From the NCBI RefSeq assembly GCF_001194135.2, contig NC_068994.1:28450446-28514445 (forward strand): 64,000 nucleotides of DNA. Reading direction: 5' to 3'. Origin of the DNA: Octopus bimaculoides. Lineage: Eukaryota. The notes beneath the pieces are model-generated. The model did not search any database. It had not been told where the DNA came from and saw nothing but the letters and a program-made list of their open reading frames with translations. Shown piece by piece: positions 38,980 to 50,789 of this stretch. The position numbers and the translations under genes are program-made. Within the stretch, counting starts at the first letter, position 1. Each line of letters starts with the position of its first letter.

Positions 38980-41900
38980 AGATCTTCTGCGAAGGAAACA
39001 GTGATGAGTAGGCAGTGTAGGCATACTTCTTGCAGAGAAATAGGTGGATAAGGTCATAGAGGTAGTCAGAGTGAGCAATAGAGTGCTTAAGCTCAGGCTA
39101 GTTTTGCAGAATAGCATAGCATCAATTATCTCTGTGTATTACCCACAAGTGGGCCTACCAAATGTACAGAAAGACCATTTTTATGATATTCTCCTGTAGG
39201 CTACCTCTAAGACGAATGACAAGGATCTCATCTTCGTTCCTGGGGACTTCAATGGGTATGTCAGACGGCATACCCATAGAATTGGTTCAAGAAACGTGGG
39301 AACAAGGCTACTGGAGTTCTGTGTTGCAAATAACCTATTGATCTGCAACACCAACTTCATGAAGCCGATCAGCCTCCTGATAATCTACCAATCAGGTGGC
39401 TACGCTAGCCAGATCAATTACATTCTCACCAGGCAGAGGGATGCATGGTTGCTCTTAAATACAAAGATCCTCCTTGATGAAGAATGTATCCCCCAGCATA
39501 GAGTAGTTGTTAGTGATTTTAGATTCCAGGCCAGAAAGATGCCAAGAAGCAGACCAATCTGAAAAGAAGAGATTTGAAAGCTTAAGGACCCTTCATGTGC
39601 TCAGAGATTTAGGGACATCCTAACTGATTAATTTGTTGAGAGGGAGGAGGAGCTACAAACTTGTGACATAGAGGCGAACTGGGAATTCCTGCAGGACCGC
39701 TTGCTGAGTGCCACAGACCAAATCTGTGAGTGGTGTGAAGTCCCAATAAAGCAAAGAAATGGGCCTAGAAGGACTGGAAGAGTGGGGATAGCAGGGAACT
39801 GTATCAGATAGCCAGGAGGGAAGCTAGGAGACAGGTATATCTAGCCAAATGAGAAGCAGAAAAGAAGTTTGCCTATGTTCAGCAACGTGAGCACCAAAGA
39901 ATTGAAGTTTTTCAGATTGCAAGACAGTGTGTGAGAGAAAATCGAGATGTTATAGGAGAGAAATGTGTCCACATGGATGATAGTGCACTTGCATTTAATG
40001 ATTATGCAAAGAAAGAGGCTTGGAAATGCCATTATGCAAGACCGCTAAATGTGGAGAATGAATGGGAGGGGAGTCTGCCAAAGGTTGACCCAATTGAGAG
40101 ACTAGCTTAAAATATCTGGTGGTGTGGGTTATGGTCTAGTCACCCATATTGTAAATCAGGTGGCTCACGAAGGAGTCATACTCAATGACTGGTGTAGCAG
40201 CATCATAGTCAACTGCTACAAAGGTAAAGGTGATACCTTAGAGAGAAATAATTACAGAGGTATCAAATTGTTGGATCAAGTGATGAAAGTTATGGAGAGA
40301 GTCATAGCCCCCAACTAATTAGGGAGAAAGTTAGCCTAGATGAGATGCAGTTTGGTTTTGTGCCAGGGAGAAGCACCACTGATGCTATATTTCTGGTAAG
40401 ACAGCTGCAGGAGAAATACTTAGCCAAAGATAAACCTCTGTACTTGGTTTTTGTTGACTTGGAGAAAGCCTTTGACAGGGACCCCTGATCACTTACCTGG
40501 TAGTCAATGTGAAAACTAGAGATAGATGAGTGGTTGGTGAGAGCTGTACAAGCTATGTACGGGGATGCTATCAGTAAGGTGAGGGTTGGCAATGAGTACA
40601 GCGAAGAATTCAGGGTACAAGTAGGGGTTCACCAAAGATTGNNNNNNNNNNNNNNNNNNNNNNNNNNNNNNNNNNNNNNNNNNNNNNNNNNNNNNNNNNN
40701 NNNNNNNNNNNNNNNNNNNNNNNNNNNNNNNNNNNNNNNNNNNNNNNNNNNNNNNNNNNNNNNNNNNNNNNNNNNNNAAAACCGAAGTCTTAGGAAGGCA
40801 GACAAATCACAAATCCCTTCAAGTAGACATCCCTGCTCAGTCTGTAGAAAAGGTGTAGGTAGAAACTCCATAAGATGCACCCAGTGTAAGCTATGGACAT
40901 ATAAAAGGTGCAGCAATATCAGAGGAAGGTTAACAGGGAAACTAGCTTTTGTATGTGGAAGATGCACAGGTACAATAAATGCTAAAAATGTGCAAAAAAT
41001 AGACTCCATCAACTGCCAGGGTGGTAAGCTAGAGGTAGTAGATAGCTTCTGTTATTTAGATGACCAAGATAGTAGTGGAACAGGAGGGCTCTGAGAGCAT
41101 AGCTGTGAGAATAAGATTATGCTGGGCAAAGTTCAGAGAGCTCATACCTCTGCTGGCAACAAAGAGCCTCTCTCTCAGAGTGAAAGGTATCATACAATCT
41201 CTCTCAGATTGCATGATACCTGTGTGTGAACAGCTATGCTATATGGTAGTGAAACATGGGCTGTGACGGCCGAGGACATGCGTAGGCTTGAAAGAAATGA
41301 AGCCTGTATGCTTCGCTGGATGTGCAATGTCAGTGTGCATGCTTGACAGAGCGTAAGCATCTTGAGAAAAAAGTAAGGCATTAGAGGCATCAGATGTGGT
41401 GTGCAAGAGAGATGACTGCGCTGGTATGGTCATGTGATGCGTATAGACAAGGAAGCGGTGTAAGAATTGCCAATCTCTAACTGTGGAGGGAACCTGTAGT
41501 AGAGGTAGACCCAGGGAGACTTGAGACAAAGTGGTAAAGCATGATTTTTGAACTTTGAATTTAAGAGGCAATGACTAGTGACCAAGACTGTTGGCAATAT
41601 GCTGTGCATGAGAAGACCCGTCAAGCCAAGTGAAATTGTAGTCATGGCTGATGTTGGTGTCATGTAACTGGCACCCATGCCAGTGACATGTAAAGAGCAC
41701 CATTGGAACATTGGCCCTGATGGAGGCAAAGTGGTTGAGTTCCTTTCGAGTGTTGGGCTGCACAGAGGCAATTATGGCTGAGTTCCTTTTGAGCATTGGG
41801 CCACACACAGGCAAAGTGGCCAAGTTCCTTTTGAGCATTGGGCCTCACGGAGGCAAAGTGGCTGAGTTCCTTTCAAGTGTTGGGCTTCACAGAGGCAATG

Positions 41901-42160
41901 ACTGAGACAGTTGACATTATGCCACGCTTGAGAAGATGTCCCATCAAGCTGAGCAAAAACACAGTCATAGCAGATACTGGTGTCACATAAAAGCACCCAT
42001 TACACTCTCAGAGTGGTTGGCATTAGGAAGGGCATCCAGCCATAGAAAACCATGCCAAATCAAACTGGTGTCTGGTGCAGCCTTCTAGCTTTCCAGGCCT
42101 GGTCAAACCGTCCAACCCATGCCAGCATGGACAACAGATGTTAAATGATGATGATGATGA
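38980..42160 (+). mobile_element. RTE-clade LINE, 5'-truncated and inactivated, in COMMD4 intron 4 (antisense to the gene)
   Basis: Endonuclease (GTRLLEFC..NNLLICNTNF); RT (NYRGIKLLDQVMKVMERVI, VGVHQ); Cys-rich insert; C-terminus; 3' UTR tandem array; (GAT)n tail at about 42146-42160. Confidence 0.93.
41711..41903 (+). repeat. About 42-bp tandem array (4.5 units) in an RTE 3' UTR
   Basis: Units start at 41711, 41753, 41796, 41838 and 41880; consensus ttgggcctcacggaggcaaagtggctgagttcctttcgagtg. Confidence 0.9.
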
Positions 42161-42984
42161 TGTGCTATTGACACAAAATAAGATGAGGAAACTAGTCTGG
42201 CAACAGAAAACCAATGGCATACTTATGGTTACACTATTTTAAAAATAGGTGCACTGGTTTAGTGATCAAAGTGTGGGATCTCTAATCAATGACAACAGTT
42301 TCAAATCCCACTGTAGCTGTTTCTTTGTGTCTATAAGCAAGCAGATTGTTTATTTGTTCTACACAGGAAACAGGGAGTTTGTTTGTAAAATCTTATCTTC
42401 TAGTCTATAACCATCTTTTGGAACAATATATATTGCTTCTTACATAAGCACAAAGCAAGAAATTTGTGGAAAGAATTGATTAAATCAACCCTGGTACACG
42501 ACTGGTACATTATTTTATCAACTTCAGAAGGATGAAAGATAAAGCTGACCTCTTCAGGATTTGAAATCAGAATGTAAAATACAGCAAGGCATTTTGTCAG
42601 ATGCTCTAACATTTCTGCCAAACCGCCACCCACATAATAACAATAATTCTTTCTAATTTTGGCACAAGGCCTGAAACTTTGGGGTAGTGAGTTAGTTGAT
42701 TACATTGACCTGAGAGCTCAACAAGTACTTATTGTACTGACTCTGAAAGGATAAAAAGCAAAGTCAATCCTGGCAGAATTTGGGCTCAGAACACAAAGAG
42801 TTGGAAGAAATGCTGTTAAACAGTTTGCCTGGCATGCCTATGATTCTGCCAGCTCACGGCCTTAATAGTAAAAAGAATAATTTTTTTTACATGGCATAAT
42901 TTCATGCAATGTCAACCCCAACACTTGACTGGTACTTTATTTTATCAACTTCAGCAGATGAAATGTAAATAATGATAAACTTAC

Positions 42985-43024
42985 CAAATTTTGCATCAGC
43001 AGTAATTTTTGCTACCTTTTCATA
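42985..43024 (-). CDS. COMMD4: COMMD4 exon 4
   Basis: gtacag|...|gtaagt; YEKVAKITADAKF plus 1 nt; 40 nt. Confidence 0.94.
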
Positions 43025-44660
43025 CTGTACATGAAACATAAATGAAAATAGTGAGAATGTATTTCAGTATATTTTATATTATTTTAATATATTCAATATC
43101 AACAAGAATAATCTAGTAAAAAGAAAAAATACATTGAAAAGTACTTTCACATAAAAGCTAACAAACACAATACACAAAATTTAACTTTACCGTTTTAGTG
43201 AAGGCTGAATGGAAATCTCAGCTCTGAAGTCAAACACTGTAGCATCTAAATTTACATAATGAAAAGTATCACTACCTTGAATAACCCCTATTACAAGGTC
43301 ACAGCAGTTTCTATTGTCTCCCAGTTTATACCATCCCAAAGTCCTTATGATTTTGTCACAAGCTCTTGTTTATTTGCTTTTTTAGTATATCTTTACTTTG
43401 TGTAACTTTTACCATATTCACATCAATACAACTAGCTCTCCTGCATGTGCTATCCAATATTTTCACAATTTGATAGCACCAACCTAAAATTTCATATACC
43501 TATTGCACATTCAATGAGCACAATATTCTTGACCACTTAATAAAGGTTTAATTTGGACTCAGAATTTTCACATGAAGTTAGAGCAAAGATAGTTAGGTGA
43601 ACCAGGTTTTGCAGTTCTTCACTATTTCTAACAAATCAAAGATAAATAGGTTAAACAGGAGAAGTAAGGCTTCTTATATTGTGATGAAAACTACTGATCT
43701 AGATAGATATAAAACTAATATAGAGCTGATAGGAATCCCTCATCAAATAACATAACTGTTTTAGTGCTGGTATTATTACCAACATGGCCAGTTGTAAAGT
43801 TCTAGCCAATAAATTATATTATCATTATCATTCTGTCACACAGAGTATTTCATTAAGGTATTGAAAACAGTAAAAATCAGTATTCAATTTAAAAAATAGC
43901 AGTATTTCAGTATAGACAAACATACACATGCACACGCACACACATATTTATATATTCCCTCCTTTGCCCCTTTTGCATCTTCACAAATTCCTTACGCATG
44001 TACCCTTAGCAATCCACTACCATTCCATTTATATTCATATCCTTCCACTTTGAGAGTATGCCTGGGCACATTGCTGCCATCTCTCTCTGTCTCCCTCCTT
44101 CTGACTAGGGTAGCCATGCATCTCCTTTCCAGAAAGACACCTGTTTCTGTACTTTTATCATAGTTTAACCTCTCATCACTTGGCACAAAGCCACCTCTCT
44201 GTTGAGGGATTTTTGTCTTGCAAGTTACTTGGTGACCTCACTTGTGCTGGTGCCATGTAAAAAGCACTCAGTCCACTCTGTGAAGTAGTTGATATTAGGA
44301 AGGATATCCAGTTGTAAAACCATGCCAAAGCAGACCTTGCCGGTGCTGATGTTACATAAAATGCATTCAGTCCACTTTGTAAAGTGGTTGACATTAGGAA
44401 GGGCATCCAGCTATAAAAACCATGCCAGAGCAGGCAGTGGAGCTTGGTGCAGTCCTTAGGTTACTAGCTTCTGTCAAACCGTTCAATCCATGCCAGCATG
44501 GAAGATGGATGATAAATGATGGGGATATATATATAAGAAATAATTGGGATTCAGTTGAATTAGGTGCTTAAGTTGAAGTACCAAGTTAGTGCGGTATTAT
44601 CTGCACAGCTCAAAGTGAGGTGAATAAAATCCAAATAAGCAACAGGATATCAAGAAGTGA

Positions 44661-44746
44661 TGCGGTACGACTGTTTCAAGTGGCTCCATTTAATTGAACA
44701 ATGCAATCATTACATCAATTTAAAGGTAGTGCCATCATCAGCTGCA
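44661..44746 (-). ncRNA. Type I hammerhead ribozyme motif in the 3' pseudo-LTR
   Basis: TGCAG-CTGATGA(44741-44735)-long stem II (TGGC..TTTAAATTGA..TCAATTAAA..GCCA)-GAAAC(44677-44673)-AGTC-GTA-CCGCA. Confidence 0.75.
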
Positions 44747-46105
44747 CAAATAAATCAATAGAATTTTAATCAGTCAGACACATTAATATAATTTTACTCA
44801 AATACTCTAATAGAGCAAGAAAATAGAAGAAATCCATGTTGTCGCTATTGTAGCTAAGAATATACTACACTTCCAAGAAATGCATGAAGTTTGTTGGGGG
44901 TCATAGTTTATAAAGTATTGTGGTTCATTTTTAATTTATTAGTCGTTTTATCAACTACTAAATCTAAGACTAGAGGACAGTGTTTGTTTAGAATAGAGAA
45001 CAGGAGTGAGTTGACAGCTTATAGCTAGGTATGGTCATAAATATTGTCAACATTTTAGGCGTAGTATAAAGTAACTGTCTATAAAGGAGGCTAGGTAGGC
45101 GAAGACCCCGAATCAAGATATTAATTACCAGTTAAAGGGGCAAGACACTAATAATAAAATCTATGATGTTAATACAGAGGGAATTTTATCATGGGGTACT
45201 ATGGGTGATTGTATATCATAACCAAAATAGATAAAATGTGTATATATATCAATTTTCAAAATTAAAAACGGAAGATTACATAGAATCAGTTTAATATTCA
45301 TTCATGTCCTTAATCATTTACTTATTAGGTGGTTTCTATAAAGACTGCTCTGGGCATTTACTTATGGAATACTGGAAAGATAAACATGTTATCTATATAT
45401 TAATTTTAAGCTAAGAATCAGAAAATAATAAAAGTTGTGTGCAGATACACACACATATTTATCTTTATGCACACGCAAACATACACAAATATTTATACGT
45501 TATTATGGATATAGTATAATCAACTTGCATAGACTTAAGTAACTAGAAAGTATATATCTCTATTTAAGAACAGTAACAACTTATAAGGGATAAGAGGTTA
45601 ATAGGTAAGGATATCAAAATAAGAAAACAAAATAACAAGAATTTAAAGAGAATAGTATGAAATATATATAACTTACATTTAAAGAGACAAGGTATTAAAA
45701 TTTGAGGTAGGGAAGAGATAAAGATAACCCCAAAGAGGAAGCAATAGGTATGGAGTAGTGAGAGCAGTTGGAGGTATTCAGACTGAAGAGGTATTTTATA
45801 AGTTGCAAAGTTACAAGTGCTGTTACATAAATGATTTTATAGTTTCCCAGGAGTATATAATTAGGAGACTTACATAAAAGCCATTACAAAAATACATAAT
45901 ATGATCAGCAGGGTAGAACGTAGAAAAGAACAAATAGTATATTAGATGCATTAGTACTGCTGTTTCTTTTTCCTACGTCATCATTAATATTATTTTCATT
46001 GTAGGGGTTTAAGTTAGTGTTGACAGGAATATTATTATTATTATTAACACCTCTTGCTAATTTTATATTCTTTCTATTTAACCTTGCTATGATGTTACCC
46101 ATATT

Positions 46106-46339
46106 CATTTCTTTATTGCCCACAGGGGGCTAAACATAGAGAGGACAAACAAGGACAGACAAAGGGATTAAGTCACTTACATCGACCCCAGTGTGTAACT
46201 GGTACTTATTTAATCAACCCCGAAAGGATGAAAAGCAAAGTTGACCTCAGCAGAATTTGAACTCAGAATGTAACGGCAGACGAAATACCGCTAGGCATTT
46301 TGCTCGGCGTGCTAACGATTCTGCCAGCTCGCCGCCCTT
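46106..46339 (-). mobile_element. tRNA-derived SINE (Meta-domain-like) inserted into the Penelope remnant
   Basis: Flanked by an exact 16-bp TSD tgatgttacccatatt (46090-46105, 46340-46355); body tttcatcctttcggggttgattaaataagtaccagtt. Confidence 0.85.
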
Positions 46340-47385
46340 TGATGTTACCCATATTGGGGTGAGTAGAATACAAGATTCTGTCTTACAGGAAAACATTCTG
46401 TTATACCTATGGAAGCAGGGAAGTGTTTTGCTAAAATTGTCATAAATTTCCTATATATATTTGTGGATATAGCACAGTTGAGGGGAACGTTATACCAGAT
46501 CAAGTCATTATTTTCAGACTTCTGGCACATGTAAGGGTGGAATCTACCTGCTCTTTCAATGCCTCCCAAAATCCTGACTTGATTATTAGGTATGGCTCTA
46601 TTACCAGTATTTTTCTTATCATTATAGGGTGAAGTACTATGCCCAGTCGCCTCATTACCTCTATTTTCTAAACTAATATTCCTACTTGTTATAACATCTA
46701 ATTTCCTACTGTTGCTTATTTTTTTATTTAAATTGATGGGTTTGTTGGATGCTTTCCTAGTTGGTTTGTTTTCTCGACCAAGTAAGTTTTTATTCCTCTT
46801 CTCACTTAAAATCTCATTATTTCTACCATTATTAGGTGTTATACTTTCAGGATTAAGAAAAGCAATTTCCTGGTCGTATCCTGCCTTAGATAAAGTGAAG
46901 TTGTAGTGGTGGGAATGGGTATTAAAAATGTCTTCATTAGTGGATAATTTTGTAATTCTCTTAGAAATACTTTTGACCATCAATTATAAAACATTTGATA
47001 ATTTGTTCATATACCTTGTAACTTTACCTGGTTTCCTATAGGGGTGAAATAATCCTGAGTTAATGTCTAATGTAGTATCTAAGAAATTTGCCACCTTTGT
47101 GCCGTGTTCAAACGAAATACCTAAGCTGAAGCTTTAAAAAAATTTTCTAATTCTTTTCTTCATTCTTTCAATGACTGATTTGTTGTCAGTAGGGATAATA
47201 AACAGAGCATCATCTCTATATAAACCTCCCTGCAATTCAGGGATTAAGGCACTTTACGCACCAACTAGGTTAGTGATTTCAGCCAAATCCCTCGAGCCCA
47301 TAGCTATATTGAAATTATCAGGGATAGTGTAGTATCCAGAATAGATTTACTAAGTCGACTGATTAAAATTCTATCTATTTATTTG

Positions 47386-47465
47386 TGCAGCTGAGAATAG
47401 CCCTGCATTTAAATTGATATTGCATTGTTCAATTAAATGGAGCTGCTGGAAATGGTCGTACTGCA
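47386..47465 (+). ncRNA. Degenerate type I hammerhead motif in the inverted 5' pseudo-LTR
   Basis: TGCAG-CTGAGAA-...TTTAAATTGA..TCAATTAAA..-GAAAT-GGTC-GTA-CTGCA; perfect 5-bp stem I; core mutated. Confidence 0.65.
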
Positions 47466-48008
47466 TCACTTCTTGATATCCTGTTGCTTATTTTGATATA
47501 TATATATATTTATATATATATATATATATATACATATGTATATATGTATGCATGTGTGTGTGTGTGTGTGCACCATCATTTTTTTTCATCATCTTAACAT
47601 CCACTTTTCTATTTTGCATTTGGTTGGCCAGTTTATTGATAGAGTGTCCATGCCCAGGTGCCCTTCTTGTTACCAACTGTTACCTGTTTTCCAGCAATGT
47701 AATATCTTCCCATGGTCAGACATGTTTATGCAGAATAGTGGAAATGAATGACATTCATTTACAGTACACAATGTCAAGACAAGGAGACACAAACATACAT
47801 GATGGACTTCTTTCAGTTTCCATCTACCAAATCCACTCTCACAAGGCTTTGGTCAACCCAAGGCTATGATAGAAGACACCTTCCCAGGGTATCATGCAAT
47901 GGGATTGAACCCGAAATCATGTGGTTGGGAAGAAAACTTCTTAATCACACACCAATGCCTGCATCTATATATATAAAATGCATGCATGTATAAATGTATA
48001 ATACTTAC

Positions 48009-48074
48009 ATCAATGTTTGCTGTCAAGATGCTACTGATAACTTGAGCACACAAGAGTCTCATTTTAACAGATGT
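48009..48074 (-). CDS. COMMD4: COMMD4 exon 3
   Basis: ttttcag|...|gtaagt; TSVKMRLLCAQVISSILTANID; 66 nt. Confidence 0.95.
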
Positions 48075-48208
48075 CTGAAAATAGATAAGAGAACAAGGAT
48101 TATATTAGTAAAAAAAATGAAATAGAGCAAAGATAAAATTAATACTAACAAATGCAACCACACATTATAATGGTCATTTTTTCTGGCTTGATATCAAACT
48201 AAATTACT

Positions 48209-49645
48209 TATATCCTTATGGATAAACAAATATACTACAACAGTATAATAACAATATAACTGAAACAAACTGCAGTAACCACATGGAACATAACAACAAT
48301 CTTTTAAGAACCAACAATCCAACACACTAACTTGAACTGTAAACTTTGAACTATCAACACACAAACTACCTCACTTACTTAGAGCACTACTATTTATATG
48401 CAGTGGTCCAGTCCATTCTCACCAGGAGGCATTGTACTCTCACACATCTCCCCTTTTGAGATTTCGTGTTCCAAAGGAATAAAGAAATTTTTGTTATATA
48501 TATATATATATTTGTATCTCTTTCGTTTGGGCATTATCTCAAGGTGTTTGGTCTGTTTTCTTTTTCTCATACTGGTTCTACAGGACTCTACTACTTTTGG
48601 TACTGGTACATTGAATATTTCACAAACTACTTGGGAATCTTGTGCTTCCCGGGATGACACATTTAAATTTTTGCATAGTCTTTATCTTGTATTTTTTTCA
48701 CATTATGTTTAAGGTTTACCATAGTCTGACATTCTTCTGCAATGGTCTGTAGAGATAAATCCAGGTTCACTTGCTCCATTTTTGAGAGAATCATTGCCTG
48801 AATTTCTCTATCTTCAAGTCCTTGCACAAAGATAAGTGATTCGAACATATCCTGAGTGTGATCTTGGGGTTTGAAATTTTCACACATACAGTTGACTACT
48901 CTGGCATAGGTGATAAATTCCTCCTCTTCATTTTTTGCTAAGTTCCAAAGCTCCATTCTGCTGTTGAATAATAAATTATCAAAAAAAAATGTTTGAAAGC
49001 AGTTCCAGAGTTTCTTGGAAACCAATCTCACTCAACTTTTTGGGCAGAATAATGTTACAGTAATGCTCATGTTTGGCAGGAGCTACCTTGCATAGTAAAA
49101 GCCTTACTTTCTGCTTCGCCGACCAGGACTTGTACTTGTTAAAAATTTCCTTGTAATACCCTCTTCCAGGTTATACGTAAATTCAGAAATTACATAAACG
49201 AGCTTACTGGATTTTCAGACTTCATCAACTGTAACTCAATTAATTGTTGTCGTTGTAGTATTTGTTTTTGCAACTCCTGTAGTTGTTCTTGTTGCTTCTC
49301 TTGAAGCTGTACTACTGTGGCTAATAGGTTTTCCATGACGCAGTAATTGAAACCAATGTGAGTTTCGAATGATCCTCATTGCCAGATGTTACATCCTTAT
49401 GGATAAACGAATATACTGCAACAACGTAATAACAATATAATTGAAACAAACGGCAGTAACCACATGGACCGTAACAACAATCTTTTAAGAACCAACAATC
49501 CAACATGCTAAATTAAGCTGTAAACTTTGAACTATCAATACACCAACTGTGAAACTAGTACAAACTATCTAACTCACTCAGACCACTACTATTTATACAT
49601 AGTGGTCCAGTCCATTCTTGTCAGGGGGCGTCATACTCTCACACA
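48209..49645 (-). mobile_element. Internally deleted Ty3/Gypsy (Mag-like) LTR element with both LTRs
   Basis: 5' LTR 49645-49387 (TG...CA); PBS TGGCAATGAGGAT at 49384-49372; gag remnant ORF 48663-49031 (LIFVQGL...ILSKMEQ...LQTIAEECQ); PPT AAAAGGGGAGA at 48457-48447; 3' LTR from 48446 to about 48209; ttact at both flanks. Confidence 0.88.
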
Positions 49646-50717
49646 TTACTTAAGCTGTTAACCCATTAGCTGAAAAAAAATCAATGGTTTATGTCTCTTC
49701 ATTGTGCCAGGCCCAATCGATCATGTTGGCTCAACCTCTGTAGATACCATAAGGTTTGTTTTATTACTATAGGCAGTAGAGGAAGATACTGTAATGTTGA
49801 AAAATTAATGCAAGCTCAGGTGAATGATTAAGTTTGAGACCACTCTTATCAAAATTGTGTTCATATTTAAAGTCAAATCTCAGCCAAAAATGTCTTTATA
49901 ACCTAAATGATATAACACTTCAGTTAGTCAACACCAGCCATAATACATGAAATTTCAAGTATTTTATTAAATCCCTCCAATCTTGACTATTTTGAAAATT
50001 AACAACACATTAGCAGCTTATTCATTAGCAATATAATTACAAAAGGATTAAAATGGAGGTGTAGTTTTGTATGACCTTTTTAAAATTTCTCAAATATAAT
50101 TCCATATTTTTTACTGTTACTACAACAGACTGCCCCTCCAAACTTTGAGACTGTATTCTACAAGCTTAGAAGTATTTGTTACATCAATTTGTTACCCTTG
50201 CTCTGCTTTCTCTTAAATCCTGCAACTATTCATATTTAAAGTTGACTAAAAGGTGTTTCATTCTTCAGCCAGAGAGTTTTTTTCAGACATAGTTTATGCA
50301 ATATTATACCATCCAAGATGTCCTACTTTTTTTAGATGGTAGGATGTGTTGTGAAAAACATTTGGGTGATATTTCAAGTAAGTCAAATAATCACATAGCA
50401 GTTCTCTTGTTGGCTCATTTATTGTACCCTTTTTAAAAATATTTTTTACATCTAGGTGAATTATGAGATTAAGGGCAATCCAGTTCAGCATGAGTTCTGT
50501 ATCAGTTGATGGTTTAGCATCCTCAAAGAGAGCTGGCCACCTGCCTTCCTAACAGACAACTGGGACTGTCAAACATTAATCCCCAGTTTTACAAGATTTA
50601 TATTAACCTCATCAACCCCATTGTTCCCTATCCATTTTTCATACTGATTTATTGATAGTCTCTTTTCACACAAAAATTTAACAAAAAAATAAATAAAAAG
50701 AAAAATTTGATAATCAC

Positions 50718-50789
50718 CAATTTAGATAGGATATTTATCTCTGCAAGAACCCAATCTGGGCAGTCAAGGTCTCCACAAAATCGGAATTT
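50718..50789 (-). CDS. COMMD4: COMMD4 exon 2
   Basis: tttctag|...|gtgatt; [24 protein letters not shown], the diagnostic COMMD4 N-terminus; 72 nt. Confidence 0.97.

Larger units (their letters stand above)
44545..47494 (-). mobile_element. Penelope-like retroelement remnant with inverted pseudo-LTRs, in COMMD4 intron 3
   Basis: Minus-strand RT motifs IAMGSRDLAEITNLVG, GLYRDDAL, NFLD, PYRKP, then ISKRITKLSTNEDIF...NFTLSKAGY and WYNVP...TNIYRKFMTILAKHFP; about 145-bp inverted repeat at 44632-44780 and 47355-47494; no GIY-YIG domain recognised. Confidence 0.85.

Noticed and set aside
41711-41903. 42-bp array as a CRISPR array or a 14-aa repeat protein (ORF 41711-41905)
   Set aside because: Units are contiguous with no unique spacers, the context is eukaryotic, and the array lies inside an RTE 3' UTR; the ORF is a by-product of a unit length divisible by 3
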